From NCBI RefSeq assembly GCF_009914755.1, contig NC_060943.1: 64,000 nucleotides of DNA, one strand, 5' to 3'. Position numbers and translations under genes: made by a program. This document shows positions 1 through 13,125 of this stretch, piece after piece (within the stretch, counting starts at the first letter, position 1; every line of letters begins with the position of its first letter). The DNA is from the human T2T-CHM13v2.0 reference genome, Homo sapiens. The notes below the pieces were generated by a model. It worked only from the letters and a program-made list of their open reading frames with translations, had not been told where the DNA came from and did not search any database.

Positions 1-107
1 GAAAGTTTCGTTTCATATCTGTAACATCAAGGTTTTTCTCTTACAAGAGGGTAGATTACACCGTCTTGTGTGGGAGCAAGAGAAGGATCTGAGAATCTAC
101 CACTTCA

Positions 108-344
<237 letters not shown>

Positions 345-660
345 TTAATAAAGTGATGTCTTTTTGATGATGTGGAAGAAATGCTAAAGTTTTTCTGCTC
401 ATTTCCACTCTACAGGCTGTGTGCATATACCAAATAGTTTTTTTTTTAATACAATGTGGAAGAAGTAAAGTCCTAATATAATATTCTGTAACTGTATATT
501 CAGTCATCCTCCATTCACCCAATTGGAAGTTTCTATAAAGTGTAGAAGTTAAATCTTGCTAACCTAAAAACAATATATTTATACATTTTATATATGTAAA
601 TATATATGAATATATGTACATATATTTATTTTAGATACATGCAAATGAAAGACATATATA

Positions 661-1765
<1,105 letters not shown>

Positions 1766-2617
1766 ATATATCACAAATCCAGGCCTCCTATTTTTCTGAT
1801 GGACTAATTATAAACTGAGGGTTCCTATGACCTCCTTGAGTTTGATAATTTCTCAAGAAGAAGGAGAAAATCAAGTAATGGAGAAACAATATCCAAAGAT
1901 CTAACACTGAAAATTTTTCAGAACTGATTAAACACTCCAAAATTCAAACTCAAGAAATCCAACAACTTTTCAAGCAAGAAGTCTACACGTAGGCACAACA
2001 GATTGAAACTAAATTACACCAGATACAAAGGGAGACTATAAAAAAATCCAAAGACCAATGACAGGTTACCTACAAAGGAGACAAAATTTTCTGACAGCTG
2101 ACTGCTCCACAGAAATCATTATAGCCAATAAATATTGGAACAATAAATGTAAGGTCCTCAGCTCTTGGACAACACAGCCCAACCTTGAAGACCATTTAGG
2201 ACTGAAAGGCATGGCTGGCAAAGGACCTACAGCCCTGTAATAGTGACAATTAAGACTACTTATCAATGAATTGTCAATCTCTTGTCTCAGGATGCAGGAT
2301 GGCTTTAAAGGATACTGCTGGTGGGAAATTGAGTCATTGAAGACCCAGGGAACAGCAGAAGGTACACTCTATACTCATTTTATTACAGAGGCCAGTGAAC
2401 ACACTTGGTAGATGATACAAGTACTTAATCCTGGTTGGTTTACCCATTCTAAATTATTTATGTGAGATAGCTATCTATTTGGAAAAAAGTAAAGTGAAAG
2501 TCTTACCTCAATCCACACTCAAAAATAGTTTACTATATGACAGATCTATGGCAGGCAGATTTGATGGCTCAATGAACTCCACCCTCCCAGTGTTCACACC
2601 TTTATGTAGTTCCCACT

Positions 2618-3075
2618 TACAGGGAGCCAAAGGTCCGTGGGACGTGACCAACTCAGCATTCCACTGGAGGCTATATGATCAAACAGCAAACTGTTTATCA
2701 TGAATGCAGGATGTGAGCAAACTCACCATTGCTCCTGCCGACAGAAGGTTTTCTGGAGGCAATCACTCCCTGGTGCTGAGGTTATCTACTGCAACATTTA
2801 GAGAATGTAGTCTTGCAAGCCTCCTCTGGACTGAGCAGCTGACCCCTACTTCCACTGCACCCCCCCAACTATCTCTTTTGCCTAATAAATGCAGAGGGCT
2901 GTGTAAAGCTCAGGGCCCTTGTCCACTAGAGGCAAGGTACCCCCTGACCCCTTCCTCCGAATATACTTTTGTCTCTTGTCTTTTATTCCTGTGTTCACCC
3001 CACTGTGTTCAGTCCCCCTAGGTCTGTGCGGGTTACAAGTGGCGCCCAAACAGGGACAGAATTGGGTGCTCTACA
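2618..3075 (+). mobile_element. Solo LTR3 (HERV-K HML-6), LTR3B-like, carrying a PBS relic at its 3' end
   Basis: Collinear with the proviral LTRs at 7071 and 12217; ends ggttaca-ag-TGGCGCCCAAACAGGGAC-agaattgggtgctctaca; near-TSD cccact/ccctct. Confidence 0.85.
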
Positions 3076-4120
3076 CCCTCTCCTTGAGCAGGGACTGGCC
3101 TAGTGACTTACCTCTATTCAGAATATGGCAAAGGCGTTGGAATCTCACCTCCTTAATTAAGCTATACATGTTTAAAAAAATTATTCAATGAGAATTGTTA
3201 AAGCACAGTAAGGAAGACTTTATTCAGGGCCATTATGACAGGTATATAGACAAATGTAATGGGATTTTGCAGTGGTAGAGGGTGAATGGACTTAACTCCA
3301 AATATCAGCATAAGCAAGTGGGAATTTATAGCCAAGGAGCAGAGTATGGGTCAGTAATACAAAATTACCAAGAGGGCCAGGCACAATGGCTTATGCCTGT
3401 AATCCCAGCACTTTGGGAGGCAGGAGGATTGCTTGAGCCCAGGAGTTCAAGAGCAGCCTGGGCAACATGACAAGACCCCATCTCAATTAAAAAAAAAAAA
3501 AAAAGGAAAAAAGAAAAAAAGCAGAAAAGTAAAAGTAAAAAATAAACTCATAGTCAACCCACCCCCGCCACACACACACACACAAAACCTTTATGATCTT
3601 TTATCATTTTTCAGATTAAATACTTGATTCTCTCCTAACCCCCAATGGTGACAAATGCATTTTTTTCAAGTATAGCTATAAACTGATGGAATTTTATATA
3701 ATTAATGTTCTTCAATCATTTGCAATCATTGGTCTTTGGATGTTCAAAGTGTAGCATCTTCGGCCAATGAAGAGTCCCTTCAAGTTGGCTGCTATGTTCT
3801 TTGAAATATGATTCTATCATGTAAAATATATATATGTGTATATCATAATGAATATATATATCTACAGATAGATTCATATATACTCACACTTTTATTAATA
3901 CATATATAGACATAGATCCACAAACAGATACAGTGACAGGAAGTAAATATTACCAACCATTTACAGAAGTGGATTAGGAAGAAAATATGTGAAAAGAAAA
4001 CTTTTTCTCTTTTCTTCAATTTTACTAAATATAGACAAGGTCTCACTAGATTGCCCAGGCTAGTCTCAAACTCCTGGGCTCAAGGAATCCTCCTGCCTAA
4101 GCCTCCCAAAGTAGGCATAA

Positions 4121-4556
<436 letters not shown>

Positions 4557-5540
4557 TAGTTCTGGAAGTTTCTGGCCTATCATAGATCACAGATCTATCA
4601 TAGTTCGTATTTTTAGGCTGTCCAGTGGCCAAAGGACCCAAGCAAACAAAGACACTACCATTAGCAAGATATTCCAGAAGCCCAGAGCTCACCCTCCATT
4701 AGCTTGAACACAAAGGCCAAAACTCCCTTTGTTCAATTATTTACTATACAATAAGGACTTGGCATTTTCTACAAGGTGAAAGTCTAAAGGAAATCTGTAA
4801 ACTCCAATCCAAGTCCTGTTCAGACAATATCACTTTCAACTCCCTGTCTCCAAATCTATATTCAAACACCAGTTCAGCTATCTGTTCATTGAGAACCATT
4901 TGAAAGTCCTGGAATCCTGCCATATTCCCAGGATGTCTAGGTTTTATTCCAAGTTAAATCCAGACTGCCACAAGGCTGAAATTAACTTGTGTTGGTCCCT
5001 GTGTTTACTGTTTGCTTAGTCTATTCCGTAACAGTATATAAGGAGTCCTTCAAGAAACAGCCACAGGAAACCTGCATCTGAATTTATGAGAAGGCTGCTA
5101 TTCTGGACACCATCCACCACATCAACTCTAGGAAGAACCACTGAAGAAATTTCCTGAGACCAAAGTGCCATGAAATAATGGCAACCCCCAGGAAGTAATC
5201 TGTTTTATCTTCAAAAACAGGACATACCATGTAAATTATGATTTTCTTGTGACATTGGCTGTCAGAGATATTAGATGCAAGCTGACAGCTAATATAATCC
5301 ACAGGATCCTCCAGCCATGCATGGTGTCACAAAATTCATAATTTAGTGTTAATGCTATGAACATTATATTCCTTATCCTACTATTTTGCATGATATTGAG
5401 TTTAAAAACTAAGCTTACTTCTCTCCAGATCCTGCTTTTTGAAATTTATACTTTTTATATTAGTGAAATTGATGTTTATAGGCTTCTACAAATCTATTAT
5501 GGAACAAAGGAAAGAATAAAACAAACCAAAAGTCAGTTAC

Positions 5541-5555
5541 CTGGGCCTGGATCAT
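5541..5555 (-). CDS. ZNF350: ZNF350 first coding segment MIQAQ (end of exon 2, which spans 5541-5726)
   Basis: ATG ATC CAG GCC CAG|gtaac; phase-0 join to KRAB-A; acceptor ttcaacccacag| at 5727. Confidence 0.9.
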
Positions 5556-7226
5556 TTTCTTCTGTTCTTGGAAGACAGCATTCAACTGGGATGGTCTGTC
5601 TTTGTATCTTCTGGCCTTCTCTTCAGAAGTCTCAGTTTTCAATCAAGTGTGCCCCAAGAAATGGTGAACCCCAAATCCACTTCCTCCCTCTTCAGGTTAT
5701 GTTTTTTGCTCCTGAGGAGTCAGAACCTGTGGGTTGAAGAGCAAATTCAATGTAAGTGGTACATTTTTTCCAGGCCCAGATACTGTCACTGCTGCTAGGC
5801 ACTCATCTTAAAGCAATGCCCCCAATATAGTTAACTATATACCTTTGTTTGGAGCCCCAGCGGATTTTATACCTGTGGCCAATAATGTCTAGGATTCTTA
5901 ATGTGGTGGAGGTATGCCTTTCCTCTGTGACGTTTCCGTGGAAGGACTGTGAAGGCAGGTAGGAAATGAGACCCACCATAGCACCAGCCTCAGGAGATGG
6001 TGAACTCTTAGGCAGATTAGTTTTAGAAAAGAGACAATCAGCAAGGAGAGGACCTGGTCTTTGTTTTCCTTTAAATCATGTGTGCTCCCACACCTCTTCA
6101 AAAGTCTTTGTACATACACCCTGTGAAGACATGTACTTCAGTTTGAAAGCCAATGTACTGGGCAAATCATAAGCATTGTCATAAAAACAGTACTGACAAT
6201 ATTTTAGGAGGTTTTAAATACATAAAAAGCTAAAATACACAATAATTTACTGGATAATTAGGTGGTGAATAAAGTTGACGTGCTCTAAGGTTTCTGTAGA
6301 ATGGAAAAGTGCCAATTAGCAGAAGAATATGACAAAGGTTGCACACTACATGTAATCTCTAGTTACAATTAACACTAGTAAGTCCAGGCACAGTGGCTCA
6401 CGCCTGTAATCCCAGCACTTTGGGATGCCGAGGCGGGCGGATCACCTGACATCAGGAGTCCGAGACCGGCCTAGCCAACATGGTGAAACCCCATCTCTAT
6501 AAAAATACAGTTATTCCAGAAGCTGAGGCAGAAGAATTGCTTGAATCCGGGAGATGGAGGTTGCAGTGAGACAAGCCTGTGCCATTGTACTCCAGTCTGG
6601 TCAAAAAGAGCGAAACCTCGTCTTAAAAAAAAAAAAAAAAAAAAAAAACTAGTAATTGTTTTAAAGTACGTAAGTTCCATGCCAACAAAAGGGGGAAATG
6701 TAATAACAAGAAATTCATCCAAAAGAAGAGAATCAAAAACAGAGCAAAAAGAGCAAATACAATGCATTTAGATAGCTGTTTTAAAATAAAATGTACTAAG
6801 AAAATTACATTACATTAAGTATTTTATGCTAAGTAAAAACAGAGCATGGATCCCAGTTAATTACATTAAATATAAATGCCTCAAAACTGTCAGAATGGAT
6901 TAAAAATTAAAATCCAATAACATCTGGGGTTTATTTTATTTTATTTTAATTTTTGAGATGGAGTCTCACTCTGTCGCCCAGGCTGGAGTGCAATGGTGTG
7001 ATCTCGGCCTCCCGGGTTCAAGCAATTCTCTGCCTTAGCCTCCCGAGTAGCTGAGTTTACAGGCACCTGCTGCAGGGAGCCGAAGGCTCGTGGCCCGTGG
7101 GACGTGACCAACTCAGCATTCCACTGGAGGCTACAGATCAAACAGCAAACTGTTTATCATGAATGCAGGATGTCAGCAAACTCATGACTGCTCCGGCTGA
7201 TGAAGGTTTGCTGGAGGCAATCACTC

Positions 7227-7409
7227 CCTGGCGCCGTTATCTACTGCGACATCTAGAGAATGCAGTCTTGCAAGACTACTCTGGACCCCTGGCGCCGTTA
7301 TCTACTGCGACATCTAGAGAATGCAGTCTTGCAAGACTACTCTGGACCCCTGGCGCCGTTATCTACTGCGACATCTAGAGAATGCAGTCTTGCAAGACTA
7401 CTCTGGACC
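7227..7409 (+). repeat. Perfect 3 x 61-bp tandem repeat in the 5'LTR
   Basis: Unit cctggcgccgttatctactgcgacatctagagaatgcagtcttgcaagactactctggacc at 7227, 7288 and 7349; single copy in the other LTR3s. Confidence 0.97.
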
Positions 7410-7841
7410 GAGCAGCTGACCCCTTCTTCCACCTCCCCTTCTCACTGTCTCTTTTGCCTAATAAATATGAAGGGCTGTGTAAAGCTCAGGGCCCTTGTCC
7501 CCTAGAGGCAAAGCGCCCCCGATCCCTTCTTCCAAATACACTCTTTTGTCTCATCTTTATTCCCGTGTTCACCCCACTTTGTTTAGTCCACCTAGGTCCG
7601 TGCAGGTTACAAATGGCAACCAGAACAGGGACTCCAAGCACGCCCAACTAGCAGCATCCAAACATGGGACTTCAAGGACGTGAATGAAGAAGGTCTGCTG
7701 GAGCAGAGGAACTGAAATTGACAAGGCGAAAGGGGACCCTGGGAAGAGTCTGCCGGCAGCAGATATAAGGTCAGTGCCCTAAAGAGGTACTGGGAGCAGT
7801 GCTTTAAAGAAGTACTGGGAAGTTTTCTGACTCAGGGTAAC

Positions 7842-9453
7842 AAGGGAAAGAATTTGTCTATTGAAGAAAAACATTATGTGCAGTTGCTTAAAGTTCTGTT
7901 GAGACAGTCTGCAGCTCAGGTTAATTCGCAGACACTAACCTCCTGCAGAAGCCACAAAAGGTTATTACACATAACCCATCGTTTCCACAGGCAGGCACTC
8001 TTGATGTGGAAAATTGGGATACAGCAGGAGAAGGATTAAAACAGGCTCATCAAAAAGGTCTTAAAGTCGATTCTTCTGTTTTCTCCACTTGGAGTTTAGT
8101 TCGTACTGTACTTCTGCCATTATCTCATTATTATTCTGCAGGACAGCAAGCTGAATCTAAAAATCTGAAAGAATTTGTTGACCCACCCACAGCTCCAATT
8201 AAAAATAAAAAACAGGAGAGGGAGGATAAAAATTGGCCTATACTGCCTCCTTCAGTTGCAGAAACATCTGTACTGCCTCCTTCGGTGGCAGAAATAGAAA
8301 CCCTAATACAAAGAATTTAATGCTCTGCTGCCATAGCTGGAGAGCCCTTAGGACATTGTGCTTTTCCTATTTCCATCAGGCCTGATCCAAAAAATCCACA
8401 GCAGGTTATTCATGAACACACCCCACTAGAGTTTAAGTTGTTGAAGGAATTAAAAGCAAGAGTGGTAAATGATGGCATACAGAGCCCATTCACCTTAGGA
8501 TTGCTAGAATCTGTGTTTGGTGCTATGCGTTTTTTACCCTTTGATGTGAGACACTTGGCGCGAACTTGCTTGTCTGCTAGTGCATATCTGACATGGAATT
8601 TAAATTGGCAAGAAATGTGTGCAGACCAGGCTAAACAGAACCATGCTGCTGGACACGGAGACATTACAGAGGATATGCTGTTAGGTCATGGCCCTTATTC
8701 AGATGTAGAACGTCAAATGGCACTCCCAGATGCTGCTTATCAGCAGTGTACACAGGCCGCTAAATGCGCCTGGGCCACAATCCTGAAGAGGGAGTCCCTG
8801 TACAATCCTTTTTACATATCATGCAAGGGTTGCAGGAACCCTATGCACAATTTCTTGCAAGATTACATGAGGCACTGAAGCGTCAGATTCCTCATACTGT
8901 GGCTGCAGAAATGCTAACCTTAACTTTAGCTTTTGAGAATGCAAACGTGTACTGTAAACGTGCACTGGCACCAGTGAGGTGTACAAAAAACTTGGGAAAT
9001 TTTCTCAGAGCTTGTCAGGATGTAGGAACTGAGATTCATCGATCTGCAAAGTTAGCATAAGCAATGGCTAATTTAGCAGTTGACAAATCTAAAAGGAGCC
9101 AAGGGTCAAACCCTAAAGTGGGAAAATGTTGTAATTGTGGAAAAACTGGACATCTAAAAAAGGAATGCCGCCAGATCTCAGGACAGAAAGGATATTACAA
9201 TGCAGTTCACTCCCTAGCAGAAAAAACAGCAGGACTCTGTACTCGCCATAACAAAGGAAATCACTGGGCTACCCAGTGCTGCTCAAAATTTCATCAGAAT
9301 GGCACCCCATTGGTAAATGAGATGGGGGCCTGCACCCGGGCCCCTCAAACAATGAGGGCATTCCCAATGCAGACCACAACCCCACTTCAGGGATGGGTTC
9401 CTGGAGGCACATTGATTCCCTCAACCCAGGAACACCAGGAAGTGCAGGATTAG
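7842..9453 (+). pseudogene. HML-6 gag, disrupted (start codon appears mutated to AAG; stops and frameshifts)
   Basis: MA-like HYVQLLKVLLRQ, capsid MHR IMQGLQEPYAQFLARL, NC knuckles CCNCGKTGHLKKEC and degenerate CTRHNKGNHWATQC, split over several frames. Confidence 0.9.
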
Positions 9454-9883
9454 ATCTACCCACCAGAGAAAGAATCACATTAGTTAGGGGAGACAAACCT
9501 ATTTGGGTATTTGGGGACCTTTACCGACAGGATACACAGGACTAATTTTAGGTAAAAGCTGCCTTAACTTGCAAGGCATCACTGTAGTCCTAGGAATGAC
9601 TGACTCCGATTATGAAGGAGAAATTCAAGTAGTTTTAATGTCACAAAATCTTTGGGTTTTTGAACTGGGAGAATATATTGCTCAATTATTGCTTATTCCC
9701 TGTGAATTACACCCTTCCCCATGAAAAGAGAAATGAGGAAATAAAGGGTTTGGGAGCACAACTACATGGGAAATCTATCTTTCCCAACCCATAGCCTCTA
9801 ATAGACCTACCTGTGTAGTACACATTAAAGGAAAGAAATTTTATGGGCTTATGGACATGGGAGCTGATGTGTCAGTCATATCT
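9420..9883 (+). pseudogene. HML-6 pro: dUTPase plus N-terminal half of protease, disrupted
   Basis: dUTPase motifs GLILGKS, DSDYEGEIQV, GFGST; protease KFYGLMDMGADVSVIS (DTG changed to DMG). Confidence 0.88.
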
Positions 9884-10279
9884 ATAGGATGGGCACATCA
9901 AACATTACAACGCATGTTGAAAAAACAAAAAGGGGGTATAGGAGGCCAACTACCACCTCAATCAAAACTACATTTAGCCTTATTTACTTTAAATTTTCTG
10001 ACTCCCGGTATGGATGGTAAGACTCCAGCAGAAAGACATTGGCAAGTGTTAGAGGAAAAAAGCAAAGTTTATCTGAAAGTGTTATGGAAATCCCCAGAAG
10101 GACAACAATGGAAAGGCCCGGTAGATTTACTGACCTGGGGAAGAGGGTATGCTTGTGTGTTTACAGGAGATGGGACAAGCCATGTGGGTGCCCTCAAGGT
10201 GCATGCGACCATGGAATGGGAGACTGGAGGAACCCAGGGTGGCCAACCATGGGCCCAGTCCCTCCTGTACGAGCTATGA
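9884..10279 (+). pseudogene. Integrase C-terminal remnant; RT, RNase H and the IN core are deleted
   Basis: AHQTLQRMLKKQKGG...LFTLNFL...WKGPVDLLTWGRGYACVF follows the protease fragment directly. Confidence 0.88.
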
Positions 10280-12277
10280 GTCAGCTGAGCCTGAGTGCAA
10301 AGATGGAGAGAAGGCCAACCAGAGTCATGATGACATCAACCCCCATAACCTGGGGACAACTCAAGAAAACCACACAGGAAGCTGAGAAACTACTGGAGTG
10401 TCAGGGACAGGCAAAACCCCTGATTCCATGCTCTTGGCCATGTTAGCCATAATGTCCTGTGCACTACGTTTTCCCTGTGCACAGGCAAAAACATATTGGG
10501 CATATGTTCCCAATCCCCCAGCAGTATGGCCTATACTTTGGAGCTCACTCCTCCTGAGATTTATCACGATCAGGGAGAGTGGGCTCCAGGACCCCTAACT
10601 CCCCGTGACATAGAAAAGTTAGACTCTCAGAACAATGTCATTAATTATACCACTCCACTGGAAGGACTCCCTTTGTTTATCACCACAAAGACGTCGCTCA
10701 GCCATAGCTGTCTTGCAATTCAAGCTCAAACATGGTTGAGTCACTATGGAAAAATTATGTACTTATTAGGTCTTGGTTCTATTAATGTAACTGGTGTGCT
10801 AACCAATCATTCCCAGTCCAGTCACCCTAATTGTGCTGATTATACAGAATGGATTCCATTCAATAGTTCCTACCCCACTCTGTGGACCCAGTGTCTTGAT
10901 CCACTGGCTAGTAAACAATATATGTCAACTGAAGACACTGTGGATTGGGAACCTAAAGGTCAATTAGATGGAAAAGGTGAAAGTCAGAAATCATGGCACA
11001 AACTTCACTGGCATTGGCGGCAAGCTTTTAATGCTTCTTCTTTATACAACAGCAGAATCCAATCCCAGTCTGCTGCTCAGATTGCTTGGCATGGAGCAGG
11101 CTTTAGCCCACCTCTTCCTCAGTTGCATTATCTGGGGAGGAAAGGACCAATTCAAGAAACTATATGGAAGGCAGCACTCCCATTTATGAATGGCAACATC
11201 TGGATTGGAACACTGTCTAATAATAGCAATAGTAAGCAACACAGTCTTAATGTTGCATTTGTAAAGAATATCACCACTCAGTTTACAGTTTGTGTTTTTA
11301 ATCCTTATGCCTTTTTGGCAGCTAAGAAGAACCAGCTTCAGGTAAACAATACCCAATTGACCTGTAAATCTTGCCAGTTATATCACACTGCATTAATCAT
11401 AGCACATTACGAACACATAATATCTCTACTTTGATAATGTTGGGTTGCATCCCTGGGCTATGGATTCTTGTTAATCTGTCTGAGCCTTGGGCTGCCACAC
11501 CTGCTTTGCATTTTTGTAACACTTCTTCTAACTCAGCTTACTCACTGTGTCCATAGAGCCTTAGGCATAATTTTTGCTATTGTTTCCTTGGTCAAACTAA
11601 TAACTTCTGTTGTGATATCTTCTGTAACTCTGCATAATTCTATTCAAACATCTCAGTAGGTGGAGAACTGGACACGCACAGCTGACCAAGCGAGGCTACT
11701 TCAGAATAAAATTAACACTGAGTTACAAACTGAAGTGGCAATGTTGAAATCCATGGTTCTGTGGTTAGGAGAACAGGTACAAAGCTTGCAGTTGCAGCAG
11801 CAATTGCGTCATCATTTTAATCACATTCATATTTGCGTAACTAACTCAGAATATAACCAAAGTGAGTATCCGTGGGACCTTGTGAAAGCCCATTTGCAAG
11901 GAGCTTTCACATCCAACATCACCTTTGATATTGGTGAATTACAAAACAAAATTATTGATTTAAATAGGCAAACTCAAGAATTTCAGCCTTCTTTAGAAGA
12001 CTGGACCGAATTCCAGGAAGGCCTGGAGAGCCTCAACCCTTGGACCTATCTAAGGCACCACATTAACATCTTATATGTAGTTCTTGGAATAATGTTGTTT
12101 TGTCTCTGTCTTCGGTTTATAGTCTGTAAAATCGGATGGACCACCAATTGGAGAATGAGAGCCTCCCAGCCCAGCCTTACATTCTTTCAATTAATACATA
12201 AACAGAAAGGGGGATATGCAGGGAGCCAAAGGCCTGTGGGACGTGACCAACTCAGCATTCTGCTGGAGGCTATATGA
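10249..12277 (+). pseudogene. HML-6 env (Rec-like leader, signal peptide, SU, TM) with frameshifts near 10415, 10545, 11385, 11515 and a stop at 11657
   Basis: PITWGQLKKTTQEAEKLL / TPDSMLLAMLAIMS leader; YWAYVPNPP; long SU ORF 10496-11434; fusion peptide ALGIIFAIVSLV; TM ORF 11660-12277 with heptad and hydrophobic anchor; env acceptor gcttgtgtgtttacag| at 10166 and major donor AAG|gtcagt at 7769. Confidence 0.9.
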
Positions 12278-13125
12278 TCAAACAGCAAACTGTTTATCAT
12301 GAATACAGGATGTGAGCAAACTCAGGACTGCTCCTGCCAACATAAGGTTTGCTGGAGGCAATCACTCCCTGGCACCGAGGTTATCTACTGCGACATCTAG
12401 AGAATGCAGTCTTGCAAGCCTACTCTGAACTGAGCAGCCGACCCCTTCTTCCACCCCCCCCCACCCTCCTATCTCTTTTGCCTAATAAATACGGAGGGCT
12501 GTGTAAAGCTCAGGGCCCTTGTCCACTAGAGGTAAGGTGCTCCCTGACCCCTTCTCCCAAATATACTCTTTTGTCTCCTGTCTTTATTCCCACGTTCACC
12601 CCCATTTGTGCAGTCCCATGGGTCCATGTGGGTTACGGCCCGCCACCGCGCCTGGCTGATTTTTGTATTTTTAGTAGAGATCGGATTTCAGCATCTTGGT
12701 CAGGCTGGCCTTCAACTCCGGATCTCATCACACACCCGCCTCAGCCTCCCCACATGCGGTTATTATAGTTGATATGTCTGAACCAAAATGATATGGGAAG
12801 CTTGAGAATAAAAGGTTGGAGACAATATGCCACAGAGAGAGTAACCAAAGATAATCTGTTATAACTATATCTCAGACAAAACTGACCAGAAATCCTAAAG
12901 AATTAACAGAGAGAAAGAGAAACAATGCTCACTGAAAAGAGGTGAAATTTGGCTCTTCATTCATAGAAATACACCATATGTATACCCCTAACAACAGTCT
13001 TGAAATGTATACAGCAAAAAATAGAACCAAAAACAAGAAATAGAAAATTCAGACTAAAGACTTTAACAGACCTTTCCTAGTAACTGACAGAACAGACCAT
13101 CAACAAACAAAATAAAATTTATAAA

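Larger units (their letters stand above)
7071..12637 (+). mobile_element. HERV-K(HML-6)/HERVK3 provirus with pol largely deleted, antisense in ZNF350 intron 1, inserted in an Alu
   Basis: 5'LTR 7071-7611, Lys3-type PBS about 7614-7632, gag-pro-(del)-IN-env, PPT aaacagaaagggggata, 3'LTR 12217-12637, 6-bp TSD acctgc/gcccgc; the Alu continues at 12638. Confidence 0.92.

Noticed and set aside
3040-3057. tRNA-Lys gene
   Set aside because: Only the 18-nt PBS complement is present; there is no cloverleaf.
7227-7409. CRISPR-like array
   Set aside because: Head-to-tail repeats with no spacers, in a eukaryotic LTR.
7071-12637. Replication-competent provirus or intact unspliced env
   Set aside because: gag is broken, RT and RNase H are deleted, the protease DTG is mutated, and env has four frameshifts and a stop.
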